Source of the DNA: Magallana gigas
Lineage: Eukaryota
Direction of reading: 5' to 3'
DNA length: 64,000 nucleotides
Assembly: GCF_963853765.1 (NCBI RefSeq)
Contig: NC_088857.1
Location: forward strand, 56,544,001 to 56,608,000
This document shows, one piece after another, positions 11,917-27,000 of this stretch. The first letter of the stretch is position 1; the number at the start of each line of letters is the position of its first letter. Position numbers and translations under genes: made by a program. A model generated the notes under the pieces. The model was not told where the DNA came from. It saw only the letters and a program-made list of their open reading frames with translations, and ran no database searches.

Positions 11917-14822
11917 TTATGTCTTAATTTATTTAATTGGTATTTTAATATTGATCTCTGGTCGATAAAAAGTCGTGATTTCATTAGAAAAAATTCTTTG
12001 TTTTGAGAATTTCATCATGTAACTACATCAGTGGAGTTTATGTTGTTCTGGTTTGAAATATTAAGATTGAATGAGGAATCAGAAAGACGATAACCAAAAG
12101 CTTTTTGTTGACAAACTGAAAATGTTTAACGTTGCTGACATTAAATAAACATCCTCAGTCATGTTGAGTATACTGTTTATATGTATCATCAAATTGTTAC
12201 AAATAAAATGCATGAACATGTATTTTAGTAACAAAATTGACATTTTTATTTTATATATGTACATTACTTATTGACAGAATACTCCGTAAACAAACAGCTT
12301 CATATCTCAAAGACACGTTAAACCTTGTTGCCACACAGATTATTGTGGGTTTTTTCTAAAACCGTAATAAATTGATGCATGGAGCCGGTTTCAGTTTCTT
12401 AAATATCAAGTTTATTTTATGCCAAACAGGTGTTAGTAACTTTAAAGTATTAAGTAAGTAGGTGATTGATGACTGTTATATTCAAAATTCTGCGATTGAA
12501 TAACTGTTTTGAATCAGATCAAAAACTTAGAATTATTCTTTAAAATATATTTTAATCGTCAATTTTGTTATTAAAATATATATCGAAAAGTTATCATTTT
12601 CAGCCGACACCTTGGAGCTATAAGTTCATTTATAAAATTGTTTTTTTTATGTATGCATGATTCAAATATATTATACTATAAGTTAATTTCTGGACATTGC
12701 TGCATTACATTTTTTATGTACAATACTTGAACACATTTACTTTTGAATACTTTTATGTGTTATCACGCTGTACTGTTCTGTTCTGTTCTGTTCTGTCGAT
12801 GTACAAGTTACTTACTCACCCCTGCGAATGTGTTCGGAAAGTTTTCTTTATCGTTGCTAAGTATGTAATAAATCCAGTGGTGATCGAATGAAAGTTCACG
12901 AGACTTCCCCGAGAATTGTCCTGTGAAATTTCGAGCGGAAGTATAAGTGTTCGAATAATATTCTTAAAATACGTAAGTACTGGTCGTTTTTCACATCCTA
13001 TCCTACTTTGATTTATGTTAAAACATGAAAATCTTTTAAGATGTATGTCTTATCTCACCATCTAGCGGTTATTTATATCAAACGATGATATTCAGAACAG
13101 AGTTATCGTTCGTGTTAAACCACGTGTATATTGGTTAAAATATAAGCATTGGGTTGCTTAATAAAATCATAGCCATGTTTGATACTTGTGGTGTGCAATA
13201 TTAGTTTTTAAAAAAATAATGGGTGTCTGTTTTGCATAAAATCTTAGTATATCAAGCCATTTTCAAGGAACATACTGCATAAAATAGTATAGTCTGTTTC
13301 ACTATTGATGATATTACTAGTTCAGACGCGGATCGAAAACTAATTCTCAGGGGGATCTCTACATAGCATGTTAATTGTTGCAACAACAGACAAAAACTAT
13401 TTTTTGTATTGTCACATTTAATTCTAGAACACATTTTATCCATCAATTAATGAAGATAAAGTTTAAAATCAAGAAACCTCTAGATTTTTAAATTTGACTA
13501 CAAGTATCTAGATTCTATGAAATAGACTATAAACACGAGGCACGATTTTTACTGCGAAACTGAAAGGGTCAATTAAAACCAAGTGGTCTTAAATTTAAAT
13601 GACAATAACATTCGCAGGGGTGTTACTATTCAGGCATATTTCACGTTATTTGAGGAGAATTAAAATATCTGCAGTTATATATTGCGTGTATTTCTACAAG
13701 GTTTGCAACCGTTAGTTATTTTATATGATTAACTACATTTGTACAATCGTGTTTAACATGATTTTGAAAAAAAAATTGTTTTATTTGCTTATTCATGCTG
13801 GCATGGTGGTAGCCAACAATGCAGAAAATACATAGTCTACATATAAAAATCCGCATGAGTGCTTCTGAATTTGTTTGATTATAGGTTTGTTTGTTTGTTT
13901 GAAAAGTACACGGTTGGCTTAACACAGAAGCGTCTGATCTGATAATGTCGCAGCACTTACAGTTATTACTTATGTAACAAATGGTCGGGTTTTGGGTTCA
14001 GATAATTTTTATATCATACGGGTGTTATCTTTGATGCTAATGGTAATATGCGAGGATCGTCCGGATGTACTAGTATATATGAGACCACACTCGAGAGAAG
14101 AGCTGATTCTGTGTTCGGCTGTCAATGGAGTAGGTACGTTAATACGACTGCACAGTGTTCGTATTGGGTTTAATCTTTAAATAAAGCGATAATATTTCAT
14201 CATATTTTATTGACTGAGTGTACCTGGCTGCAGCTTGTGTCGGCTGCAGGGATACAGCCCTGTACATATGATAAGGGCATAGAGCTTTATCAGGTCTCGA
14301 GGCTGAGACCTGTGCCTCGGATAGAGCTCCGGGTTATAACCCACTGATCATCAAGCCCCATCCTTTTTTAATAATTTGTGAATTATTTGTTTTGCATGCT
14401 TAAGGATAGGCCATCATTGCAACTATATCTGTATATATTGACTCGTAATTTTTGTGATAATTTCATGCGGTATTCATGTATGATTATTAAATAGACACTT
14501 TCCCCAGACTGGTCTTAATCACCGAACCCAAAACACGTTACACTGTGTTTAATATATGTCATCGTGAATTGTTCAGAACATTTATTCTGTGTAGTCAGGG
14601 AAAGAAAATATTTACCAATTTTTTTTGGCATTTATTTTTTTACGTCTACACTATCTCAGATAAGGCGTGAATTGCCTTATCTGTCGTGCATTTAGTAGGT
14701 TATTTGCATAGTTTTAGCTAGTTCGGTCATCGGTGCGGAACGACGTCAACAACTTCAAACAGCGAGTGAAACCAGGTGTTAAACACGGGTGATATCCTTA
14801 GAAATTATTCCTCTGTGGACCT

Positions 14823-16901
14823 ATGGACTTTTCAGGTAGCGACCATTTCGTAAAATTTTGGTTTTTTATGTTGGTGATGATTCATTTAAATCATTTGTAT
14901 ACACTGTCAGGTAAGTTAGTTTCGATTTCTATTTTGGGACATATTTATATGAAAAATTCCCAAGGAAATTCAAATGACTTCAAAGACAACAACAACGCAT
15001 TCCAACAACATTAAAAGCGGAGATAGCAACAATAATAAGGAAAACCAATAAAAGAAAACAACAACAACAGGAAAGACAACATTGGTACAATCACAAAACA
15101 CGAACGAAACATTACGAGAATTTCGACATTTTCCATAAAAGGGCAATGGCAAAGATGATTAGAGTATAATAAAAATCAAATTATAAGTTAGATACTTAAA
15201 CACATTTTTGCGACTAGTGAATTTTTAACCTATGTTAATAAAAGAAGTTGATGCAAAAAAGTATTTATGCATTTGCATAATTAACAAAAAAATGCAAATG
15301 GGGCCACTTATAATTGCAGCAGTGCGGATCCTGACAAAAGCATATTGATGATGCCTTAATTATGCGTCCGTTCGTTGAATAATACACAATGGTGAACAAC
15401 ATTTCAGACGTAGGTATGATGATTTTGATTATCAAATGACAAGTTTTAAAGCCATTGGATTATTATCGGTATAGATATTTTGGTCATCTACTCCTGGAGG
15501 CTGGAGAAGTGATGCCTGTGTCTCTGTTTATGTTTTCAGATCATCTTCTGTCACACTTTCATTCCGAGGTCATTCACGCTAATGACACTAGCCGAGAAAG
15601 AAAACAGCGACCCGTGACCAGTAAGTATGGAAGTACTCAAGTTTTATCTTAAAATTGTTTGGGATGTTTTTACAAAAAATCAAAATCATAAAAAAATATC
15701 GCAGATCTACTCAACCGCAAAAACATCGATTTCTCCGGATCTGAAGAAATGACAAGTCTATTAGGAAATCTTTTTTTTTTCATTACATCGAAAGTACTTT
15801 ATTGATGTGTATAACTATTGAATCTAAAAATTGTCAAAGGTGACGAAAACGAGAACAATGGACAGTACAGTCAGTCAGGTGTTTTGCTTATTAATAATCT
15901 TAATCTAACAAACAAATCTCAAACAGGACCCGAGTTACATTCAAATTCAGATTTTAGAATGTTATTAGGGGAAAATATTCGGAATTTTACTTTGAAAAAA
16001 CCCAACAAACTTAATGATCTTAATACAAGCATAGACTAACTAAATGTGTGTGAAACGTTTTATTTGAGCAGACTCCCATTGGTACCGAGGGTACGTGATG
16101 GAAGACCCAGTGGTTCTAGCCATCCTCGGGGTAATAGCTGTCATCATTGTGGCCACCATTTTAAGGACGATCGTCAACAAAATCCTTGCTCGCCGACAGA
16201 ATACACGTAAGTCTTGCTCATGAATGTATATCTGTTCGATTACTTTACTACGTCAAAAGTTCGGTAAGAAGCATTAATCCATGTTTCTTATTACAAAATT
16301 TAGTATATTGTTTTGTTGGGACAACAAAAACTGTCCTTTCCATATAACATGTTACCATCACTGACATAACTTCACGCACCGGTAACGAACACACACAAAA
16401 AAAAGAACAGCCGGTAAAAGCAAGCTCTCCCCAGAGGTTGACTGATGTTGATTGATATCAGGGTTTTTTCTTTATTCTCTAGCGGAGCGGTCCGTGTCGA
16501 CGTGTTCCTACCAACTCAGGGATCCGCCCCCTCCTTACCCCGGGAAAAACCCCGAGGCCGTCTCTGATTACCTCCCTTCTTACGAATCAGCTGTCGCGAT
16601 GGAACGGCGGCGACAAGAGGCCCGGGAGGGGGAGAGCATGACAGAGTGCGCCAGCCGTGTGTCCGTGGATTTCTCCATTTCTAGTGACCATTTGGATGTT
16701 TTAAGGAATGATAGCAGCGAACAAATGAGTCGCGAGTCCACTAGTGCTGATAGAAATAGACCGGTTACTGTGGTTTCAGAGTGGACAATCAGTCCGCACA
16801 GTAGTAGGACAGAGAACACGGAGTGTGCACACGTGCAGAATGAAGAGTTGACCAGCGCGTGCATGTCACAAACCAACGGGACAGAAATTAGTGGGTTATA
16901 A
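14823..16901 (+). CDS. PY-motif single-pass membrane protein, paralog C (240 aa, complete). Exons 14823-14910, 15540-15620, 16072-16206, 16483-16901
   Basis: Four exons joined by phase-1 GT-AG introns, 723 nt total. Signal-peptide-like first exon (MDFSGSDHFVKFWFFMLVMIHLNHLYTLS), short ectodomain with an NDT sequon, MEDP then TM (VVLAILGVIAVIIVATIL), tail with DPPPPYPGKNPEAVSDYLPSYESAVAM. Confidence 0.85.
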
Positions 16902-17108
16902 CATCCAATTGGTTATCGTTGCAGTTATATAATTCATGACTTATGTACCTTTAAATTGATTTGTATAATTATTATTCAAGGAGATAAGAAATGGGAATTT
17001 AATCATATCCACATACATTCTGCCATTAACCATTTATATTTTGCTTTTCTTTTCTACAGCAAATAAGTCATGATATTAGTGAAACAAACATAACATCCCT
17101 ATGTTGTA

Positions 17109-17146
<38 letters not shown>

Positions 17147-17793
17147 ACAACATGACACCTAACCAAAAACAAAAAATAAACAAAGAAACAAACCAACAAA
17201 CAAATAAAAAAAAAGGTCAAAACCCAAAAAACCAAAGAAAAAAAAACAGCAACATAATTAAAAACCAGACTCAATCTACAAGATAAAATCAAAGGGACGA
17301 AGTGGCAATTTTTATTCATATTAGTTTTGATACTGCTTACCAGTATACTTATTTATATTTTCCAGTGGTTTAACAATTCTATAACTACTTTTATGTTGAA
17401 GTCAAGAGTGTGAGAATAAAAGTATGGTAGAAACCACACGCCTCTGTATATGAAGTGTTTATTTCTATATATGGGCATACAGCTGATACCTGTGGGCAAA
17501 TCTGGCCACTGTGGGTGTCCGTCAGCTGGACGTTTGTTTACTGATGATAACAAGTCTTTGAATGGTTGTTTCTCTCCCTCAAGATGGACGAATGCAACCT
17601 GATTCTATCATACACTTATCACTTCCGGATAACGCGCACCTGCTGAAGGTTTTCGTTTGATGCCATATTAATGTGAATGGTGTGTGAGTAAGGAAAGACT
17701 AAATGAAAATAACATGGGGATGCTTCACCACTCGGTGCTTTCAGAATGAATTTTCGGGAATATAACAATCGAGAATGACAATTAAAATCGAAA

Positions 17794-20700
17794 ATGAAAT
17801 GGATTACTTTGATATGTGTTATCAATTGCCTTCAATATTCAGGTAGGTTTTACCTCAATGATAGAACGAGAAGTTATCGTGTAAACATTATTACTACGTT
17901 GATTCATTTTTTAAAAGATCTATATGCAACAAAAAATCTAATGCCGAGAATTCATCGAAACTTGCAAATTGTTTTAATTATGTGGGGTCTTAATCGTGTC
18001 TTCATTTCATTTATTTTTTTTAAAAGAATGTGTTACTATTAAGCTTATATACAGTACAATACTATAAATTTATTTAAAATTCATATTAATTACGATACGA
18101 ATGATGATCTTTTTTGTTTGTTTAATTAGAATATCAAGCCTCATAACCAATAGTGGTAATAAATTTGCCAACAAACAGATTGTAATTTTTGATATGATAA
18201 CTTATTTCTTATAGTTACTGTATTTATGTGTTTGATACCAAAAATACAAATCTTAATCGAAGAAAAAATGTTTCATGTGTAATTCAGTCGCATTATAGCA
18301 AATATTTAGTCATCTAGTAATGAAAAGTCAATCATCTGTAACACATAAGAATACACAGTCCTTATATGTTGCAGTTCTTTTATTCTTGATAGTTTATTAT
18401 TTGGTAATATTGACAGTGGTCCTAAAATAAACAATATAAATAATTGAAAATGATAGTCATACATCACCTGACATGATTTCATAAAAAATGTTTATGTCCT
18501 CTTGCTATGACTTTATCATACAACATAACATCTAAGTAAGAAATAATATGAAGTATGAATAATGTAATAATAATGTACACCGTTTTCAAACCTAAGTAAG
18601 GAATGCTGTATTAGGGCTTCCGGTCAGTGTGACTGTGACGTCAGCATATGAGGACTGTTCAATATAAAAATATCAGGTTTTACTTCTCAATTAATAAAAA
18701 CTAAACATATCTGATAAGGAACCACTATTGTAATAAAAACGTTTCGTATCAAACAATCATTTATAACATCGGGTCATCTATTATTTTAACCTATACACAT
18801 ACTTATACACAACTGACTAGATGTCAACATTACACCAATTCTCTGACTAGAAATAAACAACTTTCGTTCGGTTAATTACACGGAACTTATTATTCCACAA
18901 AATATAGTTATAAATAGAATAATCAATAACTTGTAACATAAGCATCTGATCTAATATGAATGTAAGACAAAACTATCATTACTCACATCTATTAAACAAA
19001 AACTTAAGGTCTTTCCCCGTCAACATCTACGATGAAAATGCCGCCAAAAGATGGCCTACTGCCTATACCGTAAATTGTCCAATCAATGGACAGATTCACA
19101 AGTGTAAAAAATTAATAATAAAAATTACTTACAACCGAATACTGATATTATAACAGTTATTCATTTAGGATATAAACATAAAAATACTTTTTCATTTCCA
19201 AATTTTAACTTTTATAGAAAATGTAAATGTGAATCTCGAACCCGATGTTAAATATACTTTGCCCTCTTACACATCTTTTACCAAACAATCGGGTTCGTAA
19301 TTCAGCATAATTATTACACTCCAAGATGGAAACTAGGAACATCACTGGGAACATCAGTCTGATCAGAGTTGAGAAATGACTACATGAAGTTTATGAGCAT
19401 TAGATATGAAAAAACGTCATCATTGGGTAAACATTTGGTTGCTTACAATCTGCATAAGGTATTTTTTAAGCGTTGCACGAGTACTGCACAGCAACAAAGG
19501 TCATTCTTATCTGCTGAGGTAAAGAACTGCACCTGTTAGACGCTCACCATCTATACATCATTGTGCCAAATATTCATCTCTTTTCGGGATGGATTTTTTA
19601 TACACTGATTTTAGGTGGGAAGCGCCTATGGTAATTACCAGAAAGAGCTATATAATATGTAATGAAATTATAAGTTCCTAAGAGATAGATAACAAGAAAG
19701 TCTAATTAGATGGATTAGAAATGAAGAACCAAATAATAACTATTAATTGAGGATTAGAATCTGCATTTTATAGCAAACATGCACCTACAGTATTTTGGAA
19801 AATCAACACAATACATTCTCACATGCCTTTAAAAGATTAATATCAGATGAAAACATGAAATGTTTGTACAGTTGTTGATCCAATCAATTACTATGAGACA
19901 GAGTTTAATGTTATGTGCAAATTAAGGTGAAATAACAAAAGAAAATAATTTATTATGAGAAATCATGAAAAAATATCTGTGATATATGGGAACATTTATC
20001 CTATGTGAAAAATCATGGGATATATCCCATTTTCTTTATTTTGTGGGATTTTTTGTCCTATATGGGAGAATTAATCCCATCTTTTAACAATTATGGGATT
20101 TTTTCTCCCACATGGGACAATTTATCCCACAGTACTTTTTCTCCCATGGGATTTTGGTGGGGTTTGAGATGGGATGAAAAATCCCACCAAAATCCCATGG
20201 GATTTTGATATTTGAGAGACAATTATTAGAAAACTAGAGCAATGTGTACATTCATGCTGACATGATAGGATCAAAGTAAAATGTCCCACCAAGATATATA
20301 AACAAAAGTAAGCTATGTCCAACAGAAATGGTAGCTAAAAGCCCGGACCTTGTCATGTCCGGACTTAAATGTCGCCCTGTTCACTTTATCATACAACATA
20401 ACATCTAAGTAAGAAATAATATGAAGTATAAATAATGTAATAATAATGTACACCGTTTTCAAACCTAAGTAAGGAATGCTGTATTAGGGCTTTCGGTCAG
20501 TGTGACTGTGACGTCAGCATATGAGGACTGTTCAATATAAAAATATCAGGTTTTACTTCTCAATTAATAAAAACTAAACATATTTGATAAGGAACCACTA
20601 TTGTAATAAAAACGTTTCGTATCAAACAATCATTTATAACATCGGGTCATCTATTATTTTAACCTATACACATACTTATACACAACTGACTAGATGTCAA

Positions 20701-23700
20701 CATTACATCAATTCTCTGACTAGAAATAAACAACTTTCGTTCGGTTAATTACACAGAACTTATTATTCCACAAAATATAGTTATAAATAGAATAATCAAT
20801 AACTTGTAACATAAGTATCTGATCTAATATGAATGTAAGACAAAAATATCATTACTCACATCTATTAAACAAAAACTTAAGGTCTTTCCCCGTCAACATA
20901 TACGATGAAAATGCCGCCAAAAGATGGCCTTCTGCCTATACCGTAAATTGTCCAATCAATGGACAGATTCACAAGTGTAAAAAATTAATAATAAAAATTA
21001 CTTACAACCGAATACTGATATTATAACAGTTATTCATTTAGGATATAAACATAAAAATACTTTTTCATTTCCAAATTTTAACTTTTATAGAAAATGTAAA
21101 TGTGAATCTCGAACCCGATGTTAAATATACTTTGCCCTCTTACACATCTTTTACCAAAAATAAGATATATTGTACTGAAAATTCAGTCACGTAGACACTA
21201 TTTTCGCTGACTGAGATTTAATCTTGTGTGTTACACCTTCATTATCCCTCCAACAGCGGGCTCCCCTCCATCAGCCCCTGGTGGTGTCCGCGTGGTGTAC
21301 AGGGAAGCCTCCTTCATTGTGACGTGGGACGTGCCCCGCCGGACGTACGGGACGGTAACTAATTACGTGGTTCCGGTCACCATCCTCCCCGAGGTTAACC
21401 AAACGGTGTACAGGTCACAGATACCCCTGCTCGTCCTTGGTATGTGGTTCCCCTACCATATTTTCTTTTAAATAATTTAAACATATACACTGAAATAATA
21501 TAAAATCTGCCTTTCATTTTATCTAATATCGACATATGGATCTAATTGGTATTTTTTATATTAATTTAGATGCAGGATCCGAAATAGGGAAGATGTTCTA
21601 TCTCACTGTTTCCGCTGAAAATAAAGACGGCCTCAGCAAGCCGTCACGGCCATTCTACATCCGGTCACGTAATGACAACCACCTATATGCGAAATTATTT
21701 ATACGAACAACATCGTGCGGTCATATTTCTGGTAAGAAGTAATTTTTGGAGATATTGTAAGTTTCTCTCTCTGCCTTTTTCAGCGTGTGGGGAGGCACTC
21801 ACCGTTACACCTGGATCGACGATAACGTTGACCTCGCCCGGCTACCCGGACCAAGTCGACAGAGGGGTCATCTGTCAGTGGGTTCTCAACACAACCGACA
21901 CCTATCTCATTCAGTACCGCTTTGTCCTCATTGACTTCACGGGGGACTCCCAGACAGGAGGACAGTCGTGTGACGACACCTTCCTTTCTCTGTCAGACGA
22001 TCAAAGACCGACCGTCAAAATCTGCGGGAACAGATCGGAGCAAGATATCCAACGGGGTCCTGTCGACAAGTTTTCATTCTCCAGTGGAATCCGAAGCAGA
22101 ATTAAAAAATTCAAAGTAATGATTACAGCAAAAGGTAAGATGATTTATCATAAAATTCCTGAAATAGAATTGATTAAATTAAAGTGTTTTTAATGTCGGT
22201 GTAACTTGTATTTTAAGATATATTTCATGCTGCAAAACTAAATTCTGTCCAAATCTGGTCCATTCAATGCTAAGGCGACATTTGTCTTGTTTCAGTGAAA
22301 CCTCCTGGCCCACCAACGGATATCAAAATGACGTCAACTAGAACTAGTATATCAATGACGTGGTCCCCTCCGATTGGACATTACGAACCTTTGACCTCCT
22401 ATACTCTACGTTATAGATTGTCAAACTACGAAAGGGAAATTGTGCTCTCTCCTCGCACTCCTTGGTTCAGCATTAATACTCTAAATTTCAAAGGACAGCT
22501 TCTGGTTTTTAATATTTACGGAAATATCAGTGATACAAAGGGGCAAGAGAGCAAAGAACAATACTTCAGAGCTCGTGAGTATATATCCTACTATGTTCTA
22601 TATATAGCCCATACGTAGTACAAATAACAATATTGGCAGCCGTGTTGGTTTTTCAAGTCTTTGGATATAATTGCAATTTCGTTTCTTTTTAAAGCATGTG
22701 GTGAACATTTACGTTTACCTGGGTCGAGAGAGCTACAGATAAGTTCTCCTGGATACCCACGTCCCTACACCCCCGGGATAAGCTGTACCTGGGTAGTGGA
22801 CAACCCCCAACAGGACAACCTGACAGTTACAGTGGTACACATGGATATAGAAAGCAGTTTGTCCTGTAGTAGTGACTATTTATCTATATCCATCGGAGGG
22901 AGTTCCAGAAGATGTGGGAAAATACTGAGACCCATAAGTTTAACAACTGTAGAAAAATCTGTGAAAATTTCGTTTCTCTCGGATTATAAAAATCAGGGAA
23001 ATGGATTTTTGATTGAAGTAAAAACGGCAGGTAAGTTCATGTATTAAACCAACTTTTGTTTTGTTGAATATATTTTGATGGAAACTACCATATTTTTGAA
23101 ACAAGTCCCAATCAATTCGTTCGGGCTTAACTTATTCATCGGTTGTAATAGGTGAAGAGAGAACTTCATCGCCACAGACTGATCTAACGCAGTGGACGGG
23201 CGTCACCTCAGCGGCTCCCCTTGGCGGTACAGACACAAAGAGTGTATCTTCTGGAACTGACCGACTCACGATTAAAACGACAGCCAATGAGCGACTGACG
23301 ACTGAAACCAATAAGCGACCGACGACTGACAATGTTCAATCGTTTATACATGCTTCTACGACTGAATCTCGTCCATCAGTGGCCACTACAATACAATCTA
23401 CTCAGATTCCCGGTGAACCCTTACATTCATTAGATGCTTCCGAGATGACGACCACATTTTCTCAGCAGTCACAAAATCATACCCCATTAAAAGGCAGCAG
23501 CTCAAATATTTATTCACAATCTTTGCCCTCTCAAGCTCACGTTTCAGTTTTGTCATCAACCTCAACAACATTAGAACAATTTAGGAAATCATCTGCATCA
23601 TACATTCCTAAAGCAACTGTAGCAAAATCACTGCCTTTATCATTATCACTGTCGTCCTTGTCAACAACATCAACATCATCATCATCATCACTATCACTGT

Positions 23701-24045
23701 CAAAATCAACCATTTCAGGGCAATTATCACACACATCAAGAACCCCGTCCAACACACATACACAACTTTCAACAGCGTTATCTGCTACTTTAAATTCTTC
23801 TATTGTTTTGTCATCAATATCTTCATTAACGTCCTCCTCATTGTCATCAACATCATCCTCACTGTCATCTATTTATTCTTTTGAACAAACTCAACCAGTG
23901 CCAACAACAGAGGCGCCCTGGTCACTGTCTTATCCTGAGATTATTGGAAGTAGTATAGGTAAGCTCATCCAACATCCGGAATAATTTGAATCAAAACGGC
24001 AAAAAAAATTGTTGATTGCGATTGGTTGATATTTAAAACAGAAAA

Positions 24046-24081
<36 letters not shown>

Positions 24082-27000
24082 TTTGAAATATGTAAAAGAG
24101 TAAGATTTTGCTAGAACAAAATTATTATTATGTAAATATATTGGGCATTTTTTGTTATTTCAGAAGATCTCGCCACGCTGTTTGCTACACGTGTACATCA
24201 AAAGAGCTTTACAGATTGTATATATTTTTAATGTTATTTTTTCTGTTTTTGCTTTAGAACACGCTGTGCATAATGTTTCTATTCATCTTGAGTTTATAAG
24301 AAGAAGGCGATATCGCAAGAAATCGATATCGAATAATATCAACATTCTATCAACACTACACGACAAGGTGAGGTTTGTTAAGGAACGCAACTCGTGTTCA
24401 CTTATTACAATTATCTACATTAGATCATTATCTTAACATTTAGAAATATTTTCTATTGTCTATTAGTCAAGTTTAACGTAACTATATGAAGCTTATTTAC
24501 AGAACATCATAAAGGAATTATTCCGGATCCCTGTTCAAAATGTGTTAAGCATTGTAATAAAGAAACGTCAATTCATGTTATTAAACTATTCTTGCAATGA
24601 AATCACAATAATTTACAAATAACGCAATGACAACTGAGACCATATATTTTCAGTTGTATACTGTCTTCAAACATCCCTCGGGTATACTTCAGGATTTAGC
24701 ACTACGAATCATAGAAGCGTATGTATTGTTCACTATTATACCAATAACAACTACCGGTCTATAGTTTAGTTTCTTCTAGTAGACCAGCTTACATGTACTA
24801 TTCAATATTAACAGGGACCCGCTGTTTGTGTCACTCGTTCTGATATACAGTGTACCGAAGCTGTTGATACAAATGAAAACCGACGACGATTTTCGACTCA
24901 TCAAATTTATCAACGACACCGCCATCAATGAACTGTCGAAAGACACTCTAACTTTTGGTGAATGGACACTGAATTGCAATAAATTATCCCAATTTCGAAC
25001 TATGAAAGCGTTTTGTAAGTCATTCAGAAAAACCACATTATTAGCAATACAGCAATATTGAAAATTTTATTTGGGTTGTTTTTTTACTCGAAAATCTATT
25101 TCTAACCGAAAAATGAACAAAACCTGTTTAAAAGCAGCTATGTTATAGAGCTTTGTTACTGAACAACAACGTCTTGAATTAAATCATTATTAATTTTAGA
25201 TGCTCAAGAAATTACCTCCCCTTGTACGCTAGTTGTCGGAGTTTGCGGCAAAAATTCTTCTTGTGCCACAGATACAACCACGAAATTTGGCATTACGTGT
25301 GTCAAATCAAACTCCACCGGCACAGCCTCAGTGCAGTCAACAGGAAGGTGAGTGATTTATATCACAACACAATATTTCTCCTTAAAAATTGACTTGAGTT
25401 AATCTTCGCAATCTCCTAAGAAAAGGTATTCATAAGATACAAATCAAAGTACTGAAGAACTGACGGGGGTTGATTTTGTCGATGTTTTTTTATTTTAAAA
25501 TCAATGATATGTTATTTTGCATGACAAGTACATGTATTTTCTAATTTGAATTACGCACATTTTTATAATATGAATTTTTGGACTTTTTCGACAAGAATGT
25601 CGAGAAACCACCATATAATTAATGTTAAATAATATTTAAAGATAACATTTATTCAATCAAACTATGTATCAGTGATAGAAATATTTCTCGAAAATTGTAT
25701 GGATCCAAGCAATATTGAACTCTAGTTTCGTTCAACCAAACGCTCGGCTGACACCGTAAATCTCCGACAAGGATTTACGGACACAGCCGAGCGTCAAGTT
25801 GAACGAGACTATATTGAAATGCATATGACTACAAAAAATATTTAAATTGGTCGTACCATTTAAAATCTGACTATTTTTAAGGTATTTAGAAATAAGTTTA
25901 CTTGAAAAACAATGCTTTAGCATATACATTACATCGAATTTATCAATTATTTTCAAGAACTAAGTCTTGTCAGCAGCAATGATTTGTGCTGAGGTCCAAA
26001 CACTGTTTCACTTTTGGTTTGTCTGAGTAACTGCATAGGAGAGTTGATTAAAATCAACTCCCAAAAATAAACATTCTTTGAGTATTCTAGCGAGATCAAA
26101 TACGGTCGGGGTTGATCAATTCCAATAAAGTCCCTAGGGCTTTATGATACTTTGATCAGATCCGACCGTACGTAATTTATCTCCTCGTAATAATTAATGA
26201 ATAATTCTTAAATACTAATACATATATTTATATTATTTATATAATTTTTAGCAATTGTATGGTTAAATATATAAACAACCATTGATTACATGTAACTGTA
26301 TTGAACTAAACATTACAAAATCGATGCGTAATGACATTACAAACACCCTGGATAACGTCAATATATTTATATGATTTTCCCCCAGGGCAGATGGCCTGAC
26401 CCCGGTGATAGTTGGAGGCTCTGCCTCAGCTGTTGTTCTCCTCATTCTGATCGCCGTCCTCATCATCTGTCGTGGGTGTCCCAGACGATCTCTCCCTGTT
26501 ACTGTGAGCAGATGACCTATCGATTCTATGATAGCAATCATTATCAAAGTGATCCAATGAAAAAGATTTACAGACCCTGAAACGTACTACTACACCAAAA
26601 AAACGTGCGACTTTCGTGCGAGAAACGTTTCGTGTAAACCGTTTAGCGTTTCGTGTAAACCGTTTAGCGTTTCGTGTGAATCGTGAAGCGTTTCGTGTAA
26701 ACCGTTTAGCGTTTCGGGCAAAGCGTGCAGCGTTTCGGGCAAAGCGTGTAAATCGTTTCGGGCAAAGCGTGCGAGAACCGTGTGAAACGTTCATCAGATT
26801 TCATTCGGAACTCTCTGAAAATTTAATTGTTTTAAAATAGCGCTCGTGTTAAACATTACTTTAAACTGATTGGCAAAACTCCTTTGAGATATTCTCGTGA
26901 AAAAAATCTATAAGAAATTATATACTTATCTTTTTACAAAATTGAAATAATTTCTAACAAACAAAAGATAAGTACGCGTATTTAAAGAAGACTAGTTACT

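Noticed and set aside
14190-14370. Hairpin-rich GC-richer segment as a possible ncRNA
   Set aside because: No recognisable RNA family motif; more likely a small dispersed repeat, which cannot be classified without a search.
24152-24257. Hydrophobic 5' part of the 94-aa ORF as a TM exon after EIIGSSIG
   Set aside because: The acceptor at 24163 has the wrong phase; the phase-compatible acceptor is 24257, and a convincing TM lies at 26386-26503.
26426-26840. Arg-rich repeat ORFs (FTRNAKR / FRVNRLA), also the ORF at 28197-28580
   Set aside because: Products of the 21-bp subterminal arrays of the TIR element.
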